From Christensenellales bacterium (GTDB lineage Bacteria > Bacillota > Clostridia > Christensenellales > SZUA-584): a stretch of DNA of 64,000 nucleotides. Location of the stretch: contig JAXGMA010000001.1 in assembly GCA_040768905.1 (NCBI GenBank), positions 207,009-271,008 of the forward strand, in the 5' to 3' direction. Each line of letters begins with the position of its first letter. Position 1 is the stretch's first letter. Below, piece after piece: positions 46,608 through 57,210 of this stretch. A model generated the notes under the pieces. That model was not told where the DNA came from. It searched no databases and worked only from the letters and a program-made list of their open reading frames with translations. The translations under genes were made by a program, and so were the position numbers.

Positions 46608-48515
46608 ATGGAAATTCTGATCAGCGATAAAAGAATCGACTGGGAAAAGCATGCGCGCCGGCGGCTTTTCGACAAGCATGAAAACTTAAGGTTTTCCTGG
46701 ATTGATTTTGTTGTGATGATGGCCGTCACTCTATTATATGCGGCTGTTGCTTTTTTAAATCTAGGGTCTGCCCAGATACCGGAAACTTTCTATACGCTTG
46801 ACGGCGACGAGATCATTGTTGAATTTGAAAACACTGCGGACATCCGCTCGATACGATATTTTTCTTCTCTTGGGAAAGGCGCTTTTTCTTTTAATTATTC
46901 GGAAGACGGCGAAGGATACACGCAGCTTCAAAAACAGGTGTACGAAACGGATGAAGACGGTGAGCCGCTTGTGTTTTTCGAACCGGTGACCATCGACCAT
47001 GAGGCAAACAGCATGTATGCCTGGCAGCTTCTTGACGTGGATTTTGCCGCAAGATTTGTATCCATCCGTGTGGAAAAGCCGGGTCTTATGATGCTTGAGA
47101 TGGGGTTTTGCGATGCACAGGGCTATCCGGTGCCCATCGCCTCTGTCAGAAACACCAACCCGGATGCGCCGCGGGGCAATGCGTCGGCAAATATGTTTGA
47201 CGAGCAGCACTTCGTGCCGCAGCAAACGTATTATATGGATCAAATGTATTTCGATGAAATCTACCATGCGCGCACGGCCTATGAGCATATCAGCCGCCTT
47301 GCGCCTTACGAGATCACGCACCCGCCACTCGGCAAGATCATTATAGGTATCGGTATCCGCATTTTCGGCATGAACCCGTTCGGCTGGCGGGTGATGGGTG
47401 CGCTCACGGGCGTGCTGATGCTGCCGCTTATCTATGTGTTTGCACACAGGCTGTTTAAGAAAACTCTTTTTGCATTTATTCCGACCGCGCTTTTCGCGCT
47501 TGATTTCATGCACTATACGCAAACGCGCATTGCGACGATAGACAGCTACAGCGTGTTTTTCATCATGCTGATGTATTTGTTTATGTACCTTTATACCGAA
47601 ACCAATTACAACCGGCAGCCGATTGGCAGATCGCTGCTGCCTCTTGCGATGTGCGGCGTCTCATTCGGGCTCGGCGCTGCCACAAAATGGCTATGCCTGT
47701 ATGCAGGGGCAGGGCTCGCGCTGCTGTTTTTCATACAGATGGCCAAGCGTTACCGCGAATATGCTTACGCGCGCGAGGCGGTTTTAACGGAAAAGGAGCC
47801 TGAGCGCCGCGCGTTCCTTGAAAGCATTACAAAAAGCTATGTACAAAACACATTTGTCACGCTTCTTTGGTGTGTGCTGTTTTTTATCATTGTGCCCCTC
47901 ATCATTTATCTGCTTTCGTACATTCCGTATACGCTTGTTGCTGAAAGCCCTTATGATTTTTCGGGAATACTGCAGAACCAGGAATATATGTTTGAGTACC
48001 ACAGCAACCTAAAGACAGCCTCGCCCCACCCTTTTGCATCCGAGTGGTACACCTGGCCGTTTAATTACAGGCCCGTGTTTTTCTATCAGGGGCAGGGTTA
48101 TCCGCCGCATCTGATGTCGTCCATGTCCACAATGGGCAATCCGGCTGTTTGGTGGGGCGCCTTTTGCACAGTGATCGCGCTCATCGTTTTACGTTTGCGC
48201 AAAGGACGGCTTGGGCGGCGCACGTTCTTTGTTTCCGTGGCGGCGCTCTCCCAGTTCCTGCCGTGGGTATTGATACCGCGTGAGACGTACATCTATCATT
48301 ATTTCGCGACGGTGCCGTTTTTGATACTGTTGATGGGCGTGCTGGCCAAATACCTGATCGAGCGCACAAGGCACGGAAAAAAAGCGGTGTTTATTTTCCT
48401 TGGTGTGTGCTTGTTGCTGTTTGTGATGTTTTATCCTGTCACGACGGGAACAGTCACTTCAAGGGCATATTCGGATCATTTCCTGCGCTGGCTTCAAAGC
48501 TGGCCGTTCTACTAA
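46608..48515 (+). CDS. PMT-family (GT39) phospholipid-carrier-dependent glycosyltransferase with extra N-terminal extracytoplasmic domain
   Basis: 635 aa. YFDEIYHARTAYEHI...ITHPPLGK signature. About 150 aa of beta-rich insert after TM1. Confidence 0.8.
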   Translation: MEILISDKRIDWEKHARRRLFDKHENLRFSWIDFVVMMAVTLLYAAVAFLNLGSAQIPETFYTLDGDEIIVEFENTADIRSIRYFSSLGKGAFSFNYSEDGEGYTQLQKQVYETDEDGEPLVFFEPVTIDHEANSMYAWQLLDVDFAARFVSIRVEKPGLMMLEMGFCDAQGYPVPIASVRNTNPDAPRGNASANMFDEQHFVPQQTYYMDQMYFDEIYHARTAYEHISRLAPYEITHPPLGKIIIGIGIRIFGMNPFGWRVMGALTGVLMLPLIYVFAHRLFKKTLFAFIPTALFALDFMHYTQTRIATIDSYSVFFIMLMYLFMYLYTETNYNRQPIGRSLLPLAMCGVSFGLGAATKWLCLYAGAGLALLFFIQMAKRYREYAYAREAVLTEKEPERRAFLESITKSYVQNTFVTLLWCVLFFIIVPLIIYLLSYIPYTLVAESPYDFSGILQNQEYMFEYHSNLKTASPHPFASEWYTWPFNYRPVFFYQGQGYPPHLMSSMSTMGNPAVWWGAFCTVIALIVLRLRKGRLGRRTFFVSVAALSQFLPWVLIPRETYIYHYFATVPFLILLMGVLAKYLIERTRHGKKAVFIFLGVCLLLFVMFYPVTTGTVTSRAYSDHFLRWLQSWPFY

Positions 48516-48527
48516 AGGAGGGCGCAG

Positions 48528-48965
48528 TTGTTAGGAAAGCTGTATCAAAAATACAAAAACGGTCTTTTGCATTTTGTTAAATTTCTCACAGTCGGCGCTA
48601 TTAATTTCTTTTTGGATTTCGGCATACTGACGCTGCTTAATCAGGGATTCGGATGGCCGCTCGTGCCGTCAAATGTCATTTCGTATTCGTGCGGAGTGGT
48701 CAACAGCTTTTTCCTCAACCGTTTCTGGACATTCAAGCAAAAGCGCAGGTTCATTTCCCGCTATTTTCTCATTTTTGTATTCGTGAACCTGATTTCTCTC
48801 GGCGTCAATACGCTTGCGGTCTATATACTCGGCGGCCTTTACGGACTGCCCAACATCTTTGCGAAGCTGCTTGCCTCAGTCTTTTCGTTTACCGTCAATT
48901 TTGCGGGCAACAAGCTGCTTGTCTTCAATCAGCCAGGGCCCCTGCAGGATAAAAAAAAGAATTAA
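48528..48965 (+). CDS. GtrA-family membrane protein
   Basis: 145 aa, 4 TM. FVKFLTVGAINFFLDF...NRFWTF. TTG start. Confidence 0.8.
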   Translation: MLGKLYQKYKNGLLHFVKFLTVGAINFFLDFGILTLLNQGFGWPLVPSNVISYSCGVVNSFFLNRFWTFKQKRRFISRYFLIFVFVNLISLGVNTLAVYILGGLYGLPNIFAKLLASVFSFTVNFAGNKLLVFNQPGPLQDKKKN

Positions 48966-48977
48966 GAGAGGCCAAAA

Positions 48978-50495
48978 GTGCTGTCCAAAATATCAAGCTA
49001 CGGATTGCTCGGGCTTTGCGGCTACCCTGTGACCGTGGAGGCCGATATATCTTCCGGCATGCCCTCCTATGAGACGGTCGGCTTGCCGGGCGCTGCCGTG
49101 CGCGAGTCGAAGGAACGTGTGCGGAGCGCGATAAAAAATTCAGGCTTTGCATACCCCCAGCAGCGCATCACCATCAACCTTGCGCCGGCAGACCTTAAAA
49201 AACAGGGGCCGATCTACGATCTTGCGATCGCGCTTGGGCTGCTGTGTGCAAGCGGCCAGTGCGGCGCGCCGGATGAAAAGAGTATCGTTTTGGGCGAGCT
49301 GTCGCTTGACGGGCAGCTGCGCGGCATCGCGGGGGCACTGCCCATGGCCATATCTGCGCTGGAGGCAGGCTTTGACAAGCTTTTTATACCTGCCGATAAT
49401 GCGGGAGAAACATCGTACCTTCGCGGGATAAAGGTGTATGCGGTCAGCACGCTTGCGCAGCTTGCGGCGCATTTGTCCGGCGGAGACAAAATAGCGCCGT
49501 GCGCTCTGAAGCGTTTTGAGCCCCGCAGCGCGGCCTTTTGCGAGGGGGACATGGCGCATATACGCGGCCAGCAGCAGGCGCGGCGTGCATTGGAGATCGC
49601 TGCGGCGGGAGGGCATAACATATTGTTTGTCGGGCCTCCCGGCTCGGGGAAAACGATGCTCGCACGTGCTTTGCCGGGAATACTTCCTGATCTTTGCTTC
49701 GAAGAATCGATAGAAATATCCAAGATACAATCGGTATGCGGCTTATCATCTGACGGGATCGCCGCGGTGCGCCCTTTCCGCAGCCCGCACCATACGCTTT
49801 CGACAGCAGCGCTCACGGGCGGCGGACACCGCGTGCTGCCCGGCGAATTAAGCCTCGCGCACGGCGGCGTGCTTTTTCTCGATGAGCTGCCTGAATTCTC
49901 ACGCGCTGCGCTTGAATCGCTGCGCCAGCCGCTCGAAGACAGAGAGATCAGCATTGCGCGCGCGAACGCCAAGGTCAAATATCCGGCCAATGTGATGCTG
50001 GTGGCGTCCATGAATCCGTGCCCGTGCGGGCATTACGGCAGCGAAAAGCCATGCCGCTGCACGCCTCAGCAGATCGCGCAGTATCTTTCTCGCATCAGCG
50101 GGCCGCTGCTTGACCGAATAGACATGCATATCGCCATGGACGCGGTGACATATGGCGAACTGTCAGATGATAAGCCTGCCGAAGCATCGCGCGATATCCG
50201 CGTACGCGTCAACGCAGCCCGGCAGCTTCAGCAGAAGCGTTTTGACGGCATCGGCATATACACAAACTCGGGGCTTTCCGGTGAGCTGCTTTCTACCCAT
50301 TGCCGTCTTGACGCTCAAAGCCGTAAGCTCATGGAAAGTGCATACAATGCTTTTTGCCTAAGCCCGCGCGGCAGGTCGCGTATATTGAAAGTGGCGCGCA
50401 CGATTGCCGATCTTGCGGGTGCTCAGCAGATCGACCAAAAGCATCTTGCTGAAGCACTCCAATACCGTACGCCTGATAAAAAATATTGGGGATAG
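48978..50495 (+). CDS. comM: YifB/ComM family Mg-chelatase-like AAA+ ATPase
   Basis: 505 aa. Lon-like N-terminal domain, Walker A GPPGSGKT, GVLFLDELPEF, CPCG zinc motif. Confidence 0.9.
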   Translation: MLSKISSYGLLGLCGYPVTVEADISSGMPSYETVGLPGAAVRESKERVRSAIKNSGFAYPQQRITINLAPADLKKQGPIYDLAIALGLLCASGQCGAPDEKSIVLGELSLDGQLRGIAGALPMAISALEAGFDKLFIPADNAGETSYLRGIKVYAVSTLAQLAAHLSGGDKIAPCALKRFEPRSAAFCEGDMAHIRGQQQARRALEIAAAGGHNILFVGPPGSGKTMLARALPGILPDLCFEESIEISKIQSVCGLSSDGIAAVRPFRSPHHTLSTAALTGGGHRVLPGELSLAHGGVLFLDELPEFSRAALESLRQPLEDREISIARANAKVKYPANVMLVASMNPCPCGHYGSEKPCRCTPQQIAQYLSRISGPLLDRIDMHIAMDAVTYGELSDDKPAEASRDIRVRVNAARQLQQKRFDGIGIYTNSGLSGELLSTHCRLDAQSRKLMESAYNAFCLSPRGRSRILKVARTIADLAGAQQIDQKHLAEALQYRTPDKKYWG

Positions 50496-50497
50496 TG

Positions 50498-51568
50498 ATG
50501 GAAGAGAAAAAATTCTGGATGTGGCTGGCATCCATCCCGGGCATAGGCGCGAAAACCTTTTACCAAATACTCAAAAACTTTGGCAGTGCGGCAGCTTTTT
50601 TTGAAGCAGTTTTAGGTGGCTCTGCTTTGCTTGACACCGTGCCTTTAGAGCTGCTTGCATCCGCACGCGCGGCATGTTCGAGAGAGCGCATTGCGGAGAT
50701 AGTAGGCGGGATGCAAACAAAAGGGGTACATGCGGTGACCCGGCTATGCGCCGAATACCCGCCGCCGCTTGTACGCATCCCCTGGCCTCCGCCCGTGTTG
50801 TTTGTAAAGGGGGAGCTTTTTCCTTTTGAACGCGCCATCGGCATCGTGGGCACACGGCGCTGCACGCGCCGCGCCTACGAGCATACGCGCAGCATGGCCT
50901 TTGAGCTCGGAATGCCTGTTGTTTCGGGGCTTGCGCGCGGCATAGACACGGCTGCGCATCTTGGGGCTTTGGATGCGAAACAGCAAACTGCCGCCGTTCT
51001 CGGATGCGGCGTGGATATCATCTACCCGCCGGAAAATGAGAAAATCTACAATAATATAAGCGAGAGCGGCGCTCTTTTATCCGAGCTGCCTCCGGGCACT
51101 GCGCCTTTTGCCACCAACTTCCCTGTGCGCAACCGCATCATCGCGGGGCTTGTGCGCGGCCTGCTCGTCATTGAATCCGAGCTATCAGGCGGCACGGCAA
51201 TCACTGCATCGCTGGCCTTGGGCTGCGGGCGTGATATTTTTGCGCTGCCCGGAGCGCCGTACCTTCCAGGCAGCGCGCTGTCAAACATGCTGATAAAAAA
51301 CGGCGCTGTGCCAGTTCGGGACGCCGGAGACATCCGCGCGTACTACGGCGAAGATGCCGTGGGTTCAAAGAACGATGAAGGCAGCAAGACGGCCCCGCTT
51401 GATTTTGTCCAAAGCCGGATTTTAGAATTGCTTGAGCGCGAGGACATGGGCGCGGAAACTGTTGCCGCGCAATCGGGTTTTGCTGCTGGGGATGTCAATA
51501 TCGCGCTGACGATGATGGAACTGGCCGGGCTAATCAAACGGCTGCCCGGCGGCAGATACGGCGTTTGA
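50498..51568 (+). CDS. dprA: DNA processing protein DprA (Smf)
   Basis: Rossmann-like core GIVGTRRCT...SGLARGIDTAAH. C-terminal winged-helix-like tail. Confidence 0.9.
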   Translation: MEEKKFWMWLASIPGIGAKTFYQILKNFGSAAAFFEAVLGGSALLDTVPLELLASARAACSRERIAEIVGGMQTKGVHAVTRLCAEYPPPLVRIPWPPPVLFVKGELFPFERAIGIVGTRRCTRRAYEHTRSMAFELGMPVVSGLARGIDTAAHLGALDAKQQTAAVLGCGVDIIYPPENEKIYNNISESGALLSELPPGTAPFATNFPVRNRIIAGLVRGLLVIESELSGGTAITASLALGCGRDIFALPGAPYLPGSALSNMLIKNGAVPVRDAGDIRAYYGEDAVGSKNDEGSKTAPLDFVQSRILELLEREDMGAETVAAQSGFAAGDVNIALTMMELAGLIKRLPGGRYGV

Positions 51569-51760
51569 CGGCGCCGGTTTTCAACATGAGCATCGGTGTT
51601 TTCCGGATAAAAAGAAATCCAGCTTGCTTTTTTGGAAAACCGCAATTATAATTTGCATTTAAAGGGAACAAAGGTGCAAACACTAAAAAGATAACGCATA
51701 GAATAGCCATATGAAGCAGGGCTGCTTATGATGGCTGACTAACAAAGCTTGGAGAACACT

Positions 51761-53899
51761 ATGCAAAAGAGTACTGCGAAGAACAACAAGAAGACAAGAA
51801 AAACTGTCAGGAAATATGACCTGGTGATCGTTGAATCGCCAGCTAAGGCAAAGACCATCAGCAAATTTCTTGGTGCGGGCTATAAGGTGCAGGCCAGCGG
51901 CGGCCACGTGCGCGACCTGCCAAAAAGCACGCTTGGCGTCGATCTTGAGAATGACTTTGAACCGAGATATATCCAGATAAGAGGCAAAAAAGAAGTCATC
52001 AACTCAATGAAAGCCGGTGCTTTGGGCGCGCGCAACATCTATCTGGCGACTGACCCTGACCGCGAAGGCGAGGCCATTTCATGGCATATTGCCAATATGC
52101 TCGGCGTTAATGCGCAGGACGTCAGCCGTATTGAGTTCAATGAGATCACAAAAAGCGCGGTGACCAGCGCGATCGCGCATCCGCGCAAGCTAAACCTTGA
52201 TCTCGTGGATGCCCAGCAGGCGCGCCGTGTGCTTGACCGGCTCGTGGGTTACAAGCTAAGCCCGCTGCTTTGGCGCAAGGTCAAAAAAGGGCTTTCGGCC
52301 GGGCGCGTGCAGTCGGTCGCCGTGCGTATTATCTGTGACCGGGAAGAGGAGATATTGGCTTTTGTCCCCGAAGAATATTGGACGATAACTGCCCGGCTCC
52401 GTGACGCGGCAGGTACGCAGCAATTTGAGGCCAAATATTACGGCAGCGGCGGCAAAAAGAAGGAACTTAATAGCAAAGAAGATGCGGACACGGTGCTGGC
52501 TGATATAAAAGGCAAAGAATTTGTGGTCTCCGAGATAAAAAAGGGCACGAAGCGAAAGAATGCGCCTGCGCCTTTTACCACGAGCTTTCTGCAGCAAGCC
52601 GCTTCCAGCTCACTCGGGTTTACCGCCAAGCGCACGATGCTGGTGGCACAGCAGCTCTACGAAGGCGTGGAAATCGGCAAACAGGGTTCAGTCGGTCTGG
52701 TCACATATATCCGTACGGATTCAACGCGCGTATCGGAAGAGGCGCTCGCGGCTGTGCGTACGCACATAGAAACGCAATTCGGGCGCGACTACCTTCCGGA
52801 AAAACCCAATGTGTTCAAAAAGTCAAGAAAAGCGCAGGATGCGCATGAGGCCATACGCCCTTCGTACCTTGAATTGACGCCGGAATCTTTAAAATCTGCG
52901 CTATCGCGAGACCAATACAGATTATACAAACTCATTTACTCGCGTTTTGTGGCAAGCCAGATGAAACCATCGGTTTTTGAGACGATGCAGGTCTTTTTAG
53001 ATGCGGGGCAATGCAATTTCCGCGCGAGCGGTTCGCACATGGTGTTCAAAGGCTACACTGCCGTTTACAGCAGCGAGGACGATGATACGAAAGACATGCT
53101 GCTGCCGCCACTCAAAGAAGGCGAAGTATGCCCGCTTGAATCGATTGATCCCAAACAGAATTTTACGCAGCCGCCGAGCCGCTATACAGAGGCGACGCTG
53201 GTGCGTGCGCTGGAGGAAAAAGGCATTGGGCGCCCGAGCACCTATGCGCCCATCATTTCGACCATACAGGAACGCCGCTATATCGTCAAGGACGGCAAGA
53301 GCTTAAAACCCACAGAACTTGGCGTGATCGTCAATAACCTGATGAAACAGAATTTTTCGGACATTGTTGACGTGGCGTTCACGGCAGAGTTGGAGAACAA
53401 GCTTGACGATATCGAAAACGGCGGAAAGCAATGGAAAAAACTGCTGCGCGATTTTTACGAGCCTTTTGAGCAAACGCTCGATGATGCGGATAAAAATATA
53501 GAGCGTATCGAACTGCCCGTCAAAGAAAGCGATGTGAAATGCGAAAAGTGCGGGCGCATGATGGTGTACAAAGACGGCCGCTTCGGGACATTCCTTGCTT
53601 GTCCAGGCTATCCTGAATGCCGCAACACCAAGCCGGTTGTCAAATACATCGACACCCCTTGCCCGAAATGCGGCAAAAAAATTGTCGAGAAACGCTCAGT
53701 CAAAACGCGCAAGACGTTTTATGGCTGTGAGGGTTATCCCGAATGCGATTTCGTGTCATGGGATATGCCGATAGCCGAAAAATGCGATGCGTGCGGCGGC
53801 ATGATGGTGCTGCGGCGGATGTCAAGCGGCGGCAGTTATAAAAAATGCGCAAATGCCGAGTGCGCCAGAAACCAGCGCAAGAAGGCCGATGTACAGTAA
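51761..53899 (+). CDS. topA: DNA topoisomerase I
   Basis: Toprim LVIVESPAKAKTI...DPDREGEAI, catalytic Tyr region YIRTDSTR, C-terminal Cys4 zinc ribbons. Confidence 0.95.
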   Translation: MQKSTAKNNKKTRKTVRKYDLVIVESPAKAKTISKFLGAGYKVQASGGHVRDLPKSTLGVDLENDFEPRYIQIRGKKEVINSMKAGALGARNIYLATDPDREGEAISWHIANMLGVNAQDVSRIEFNEITKSAVTSAIAHPRKLNLDLVDAQQARRVLDRLVGYKLSPLLWRKVKKGLSAGRVQSVAVRIICDREEEILAFVPEEYWTITARLRDAAGTQQFEAKYYGSGGKKKELNSKEDADTVLADIKGKEFVVSEIKKGTKRKNAPAPFTTSFLQQAASSSLGFTAKRTMLVAQQLYEGVEIGKQGSVGLVTYIRTDSTRVSEEALAAVRTHIETQFGRDYLPEKPNVFKKSRKAQDAHEAIRPSYLELTPESLKSALSRDQYRLYKLIYSRFVASQMKPSVFETMQVFLDAGQCNFRASGSHMVFKGYTAVYSSEDDDTKDMLLPPLKEGEVCPLESIDPKQNFTQPPSRYTEATLVRALEEKGIGRPSTYAPIISTIQERRYIVKDGKSLKPTELGVIVNNLMKQNFSDIVDVAFTAELENKLDDIENGGKQWKKLLRDFYEPFEQTLDDADKNIERIELPVKESDVKCEKCGRMMVYKDGRFGTFLACPGYPECRNTKPVVKYIDTPCPKCGKKIVEKRSVKTRKTFYGCEGYPECDFVSWDMPIAEKCDACGGMMVLRRMSSGGSYKKCANAECARNQRKKADVQ

Positions 53900-55190
53900 T
53901 GTGACCGTCATCGGTGCAGGGCTTGCCGGCTGCGAAGCCGCTTACCAGCTTGCGCGGCGCGGTGTGAAAGTAAAGCTCATCGAGCAAAAGCCAAAGGCGA
54001 TGACGCCCGCGCACCAAGAACCAGGATTTGCCGAACTCGTGTGCTCGAACTCACTGCGCGCAGACGCGCTCTCAAATGCGGCGGGGCTCCTCAAGCAGGA
54101 GATGCGCGAATTGTCGTCTTTGATCATGGAAGCGGCGGACGCCTGCCGCATACCGGCCGGCGGTGCGCTCGCGGTTGACAGGAAAGCATTTTCGGATTAT
54201 ATCACGCAAAAGATCCTGTCCCATCAGAACATTGACGTGGAGTGCGAAAAAGCACAGGCGTTGCCTAAAGAAGGCGCAGTCATCGCTGCGCCGGGGCCGC
54301 TTTTAAGCGGCGCACTGGCAGAAAACATAAAAGATACAGTGGGCAGAAAGCTTTTGTCTTTTTTCGACGCGGCGGCACCCATCGTGACGGGAGAGTCGGT
54401 CGATACAAAGACGGCCTATTTCGCCTCACGTTACGGCAAGGGCGGTGATGATTATCTTAACTGCCCGATGGATGAGGCACAGTACCGCGCGTTTTATGAG
54501 GCGCTGGTGAGCGCGGAAACGGCGCAGTTGCACGGCTTTGAGGCCGATAAGGTGTTTGAGGGCTGCATGCCCATAGAGACCATGGCCAGGCGCGGATTTC
54601 AAACGCTGCTTTTCGGGCCGCTTAAGCCCGTCGGGCTGCGTACGCCGGACGGCACAAAGCCGCACGCCGTTGTACAGCTGAGAAGAGAAGACAAACAAGG
54701 CCGGCTTTACAACCTTGTAGGGTTCCAGACGCATTTGAAATTTGGCGAGCAGCAGCGTGTGTTCCGGATGATCCCGGGGCTGCAAAACGCGGAGTTTGTG
54801 CGTTACGGCGTGATGCACGCAAATGCCTTTATCGCGAGCCCCGGCGTTTTAAGCGCCGATTATGAGCTTAAAAGCCGCCCCGGCCTATTCTTTGCAGGAC
54901 AGCTAACGGGCGTTGAGGGCTATATTGAAAGCACGGCGAGCGGGCTGGTTGCCGGGCTGTGCGCTGCCTGCGATATACTCGGCAAACCGCGCCCGCATTT
55001 CGGCGAGGAAACCGCCACAGGCGCTTTGGGGGCGTATGTATCAGGATACGCCGGCGCTGATTTTCAGCCCATGAACATCAACTTTGGTATCATCAGCCCT
55101 CTTCTGACGAATGCAAAAGGCAGGGATAAAAAGGAACTGATTTCAGCGCGTGCACTTGCATCCATAAAACGCATAGCAGAAGATCTGTGA
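53889..55190 (+). CDS. trmFO: methylenetetrahydrofolate--tRNA-(uracil-5-)-methyltransferase TrmFO
   Basis: [36 protein letters not shown]. Start overlaps the topA stop. Confidence 0.95.
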   Translation: MYSNVTVIGAGLAGCEAAYQLARRGVKVKLIEQKPKAMTPAHQEPGFAELVCSNSLRADALSNAAGLLKQEMRELSSLIMEAADACRIPAGGALAVDRKAFSDYITQKILSHQNIDVECEKAQALPKEGAVIAAPGPLLSGALAENIKDTVGRKLLSFFDAAAPIVTGESVDTKTAYFASRYGKGGDDYLNCPMDEAQYRAFYEALVSAETAQLHGFEADKVFEGCMPIETMARRGFQTLLFGPLKPVGLRTPDGTKPHAVVQLRREDKQGRLYNLVGFQTHLKFGEQQRVFRMIPGLQNAEFVRYGVMHANAFIASPGVLSADYELKSRPGLFFAGQLTGVEGYIESTASGLVAGLCAACDILGKPRPHFGEETATGALGAYVSGYAGADFQPMNINFGIISPLLTNAKGRDKKELISARALASIKRIAEDL

Positions 55191-55237
55191 AAACGGGGCG
55201 CCCCGAAAGCAGCGGGGCATATAAAAGGAGTATTGAT

Positions 55238-55768
55238 ATGATGGAAGGCACAACGATAGTTGCGGTACGGCGTGACGGCAAATGCGCCATCGCGGGAGAC
55301 GGGCAGGTCACATTTGGGCAGAACACGATCATGAAACATAATGCCAAAAAAGTGCGGCGGCTGTACAGCGATAAAGTCGTGGTCGGTTTTGCGGGCTCTG
55401 TGGCGGATTCGTTTACGCTCTCTGAGCGTTTTGAAGCCAAGCTGGAGCAATACAGCGGCAGTTTGCAGCGTGCGGCGGTGGAATTGGCGCAGGAATGGCG
55501 CAGCGATAAGGTACTTCGCAAACTCGAAGCTATGCTCATAGCTGCGGACAAAAACGAGCTGCTCATCGTTTCGGGCAGCGGCGAGGTGATACAGCCTGAT
55601 GACGAAGTGGCGGCCATCGGCTCGGGCGGCAGTTATGCACTCGCGGCGGCCAAGGCACTCAAGGAAAACACGCAGCTTTCCGCGCTCGAGGTCGCAAAGA
55701 AGGCGATAGAAATCGCGGGTCAGATCTGCGTATTCACCAACGGCCACATCACGGTCGAGGAGGTTTAG
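55238..55768 (+). CDS. hslV: ATP-dependent protease subunit HslV (ClpQ)
   Basis: [23 protein letters not shown]. The ATG at 55238 follows AAAAGGAG. Confidence 0.95.
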   Translation: MMEGTTIVAVRRDGKCAIAGDGQVTFGQNTIMKHNAKKVRRLYSDKVVVGFAGSVADSFTLSERFEAKLEQYSGSLQRAAVELAQEWRSDKVLRKLEAMLIAADKNELLIVSGSGEVIQPDDEVAAIGSGGSYALAAAKALKENTQLSALEVAKKAIEIAGQICVFTNGHITVEEV

Positions 55769-55769
55769 C

Positions 55770-57149
55770 ATGTCGCACCTGACGCCAAAACAGATCGTCG
55801 AGGAACTCGATAAATACATCATCGGGCAGGACAAAGCCAAAAAAGCGGTGGCCATCGCGCTTAGGAACCGTTACCGCCGCCAGCGTCTTGAGCAGGAGAT
55901 GCAGGAGGAGATCACGCCAAAAAACATCATCATGGTGGGGCCGACGGGCGTGGGAAAGACCGAGATCGCAAGGCGGCTTGCCAAGCTGATGAACGCGCCG
56001 TTTATCAAGGTCGAGGCCACAAAATTTACCGAAGTCGGTTATGTGGGGCGCGATGTAGAATCCATGGTGCGCGATCTTGTCGAAGCTTCTATACGCATGG
56101 TCAAGGCTTCGCGCCGCGAATCGGTGCATGCCAAAGCGCAGCAGATGGCAGAGGAGCGGCTGGTGGATATCCTCGTGCCGCTCGGCAAAAAAGCTGCGCC
56201 GCCGCAGAACCCTTTTCAGGCTCTTTTGGGCCAGGGGCAGAATGTGCCGCAGGAATCCGCCGAGGAACGGGATCGCCGCATGACAAAGCGCGAAGAAGTG
56301 CTTTCTCTGCTGCGTGCGGGGCGGCTTGAGGAAACAACGATAGAAGTTGAGGTCGAGGACAATGCAACGCTCGGCATAGAGATCGCCGGTATCGGCAGCG
56401 ATATCAATATCGGGGAGATGTTTTCCGGCATTTTGCCCAAGAAGACTAAGCGCCGCCGTGTGACCGTTGGGGAAGCGCGCAAGATCTTCACCCAGGAAGA
56501 AGGGGACAAACTCATTGATATGGATGAAGTCATCAGCACTGCGGTCGAGCGTGCCGAGCAGGACGGCATCATCTTTCTTGACGAGATCGATAAGATTGCG
56601 GGAAAAAATATGGGGCAGGGGCCGGATGTTTCGAGGGAAGGCGTTCAGCGCGACATCCTGCCTATCGTGGAAGGTTCGACCGTGGTCACCAAATACGGCC
56701 CGGTCAAGACGGATTATATGCTCTTTATCGCAGCTGGCGCGTTTCATGTGGCAAAGATATCCGATCTGATCCCGGAGCTTCAGGGGCGCTTCCCCATCAA
56801 GGTGGAGCTGCAAAGCCTCTCGTGTGATGATTTAAAGCTCATTTTGACGCAGCCTAAAAATGCGCTCATCAAGCAGTACAAGGCGCTGCTTGAAGCGGAC
56901 AACGTACGTCTCAATTTCAAACAGGATGCCATTGACGAAATCGCGCGCTATGCCGTGGTCGTCAATGAGACCGCGGAGAATATCGGCGCGCGGCGGCTGC
57001 ATACCGTGATAGAAAAGCTGCTGGAAGACATATCGTACAACGCGGGCGGCGGCCATCCGACAGTCGATCTTGACATCGATGCGGCGTACGTCAAAGAGCA
57101 CCTGAAAGACCAGATCAAAGACAACGACCTGCAAAAACATATTTTATAG
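55770..57149 (+). CDS. hslU: ATP-dependent protease ATPase subunit HslU (ClpY)
   Basis: [34 protein letters not shown], Walker [19 protein letters not shown]. Confidence 0.95.
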   Translation: MSHLTPKQIVEELDKYIIGQDKAKKAVAIALRNRYRRQRLEQEMQEEITPKNIIMVGPTGVGKTEIARRLAKLMNAPFIKVEATKFTEVGYVGRDVESMVRDLVEASIRMVKASRRESVHAKAQQMAEERLVDILVPLGKKAAPPQNPFQALLGQGQNVPQESAEERDRRMTKREEVLSLLRAGRLEETTIEVEVEDNATLGIEIAGIGSDINIGEMFSGILPKKTKRRRVTVGEARKIFTQEEGDKLIDMDEVISTAVERAEQDGIIFLDEIDKIAGKNMGQGPDVSREGVQRDILPIVEGSTVVTKYGPVKTDYMLFIAAGAFHVAKISDLIPELQGRFPIKVELQSLSCDDLKLILTQPKNALIKQYKALLEADNVRLNFKQDAIDEIARYAVVVNETAENIGARRLHTVIEKLLEDISYNAGGGHPTVDLDIDAAYVKEHLKDQIKDNDLQKHIL

Positions 57150-57210
57150 AATAGCACCCGTTGGCACAGTGCATAATAATGCTACAAATTTCTTTTTTTG
57201 GAGCATGACC

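Noticed and set aside
46761-47522. 253-aa ORF antisense to the PMT-family gene
   Set aside because: It is a shadow ORF inside a gene with a clear GT39 signature and has no independent signals.
49214-50011. 265-aa ORF antisense to comM
   Set aside because: It is a shadow ORF opposite a conserved AAA+ gene, with Ser/Ala/Pro-rich low complexity.
55749-56813. 354-aa ORF antisense to hslU
   Set aside because: It overlaps the conserved hslU gene over its full length. It has low-complexity composition, no RBS context and no motifs.
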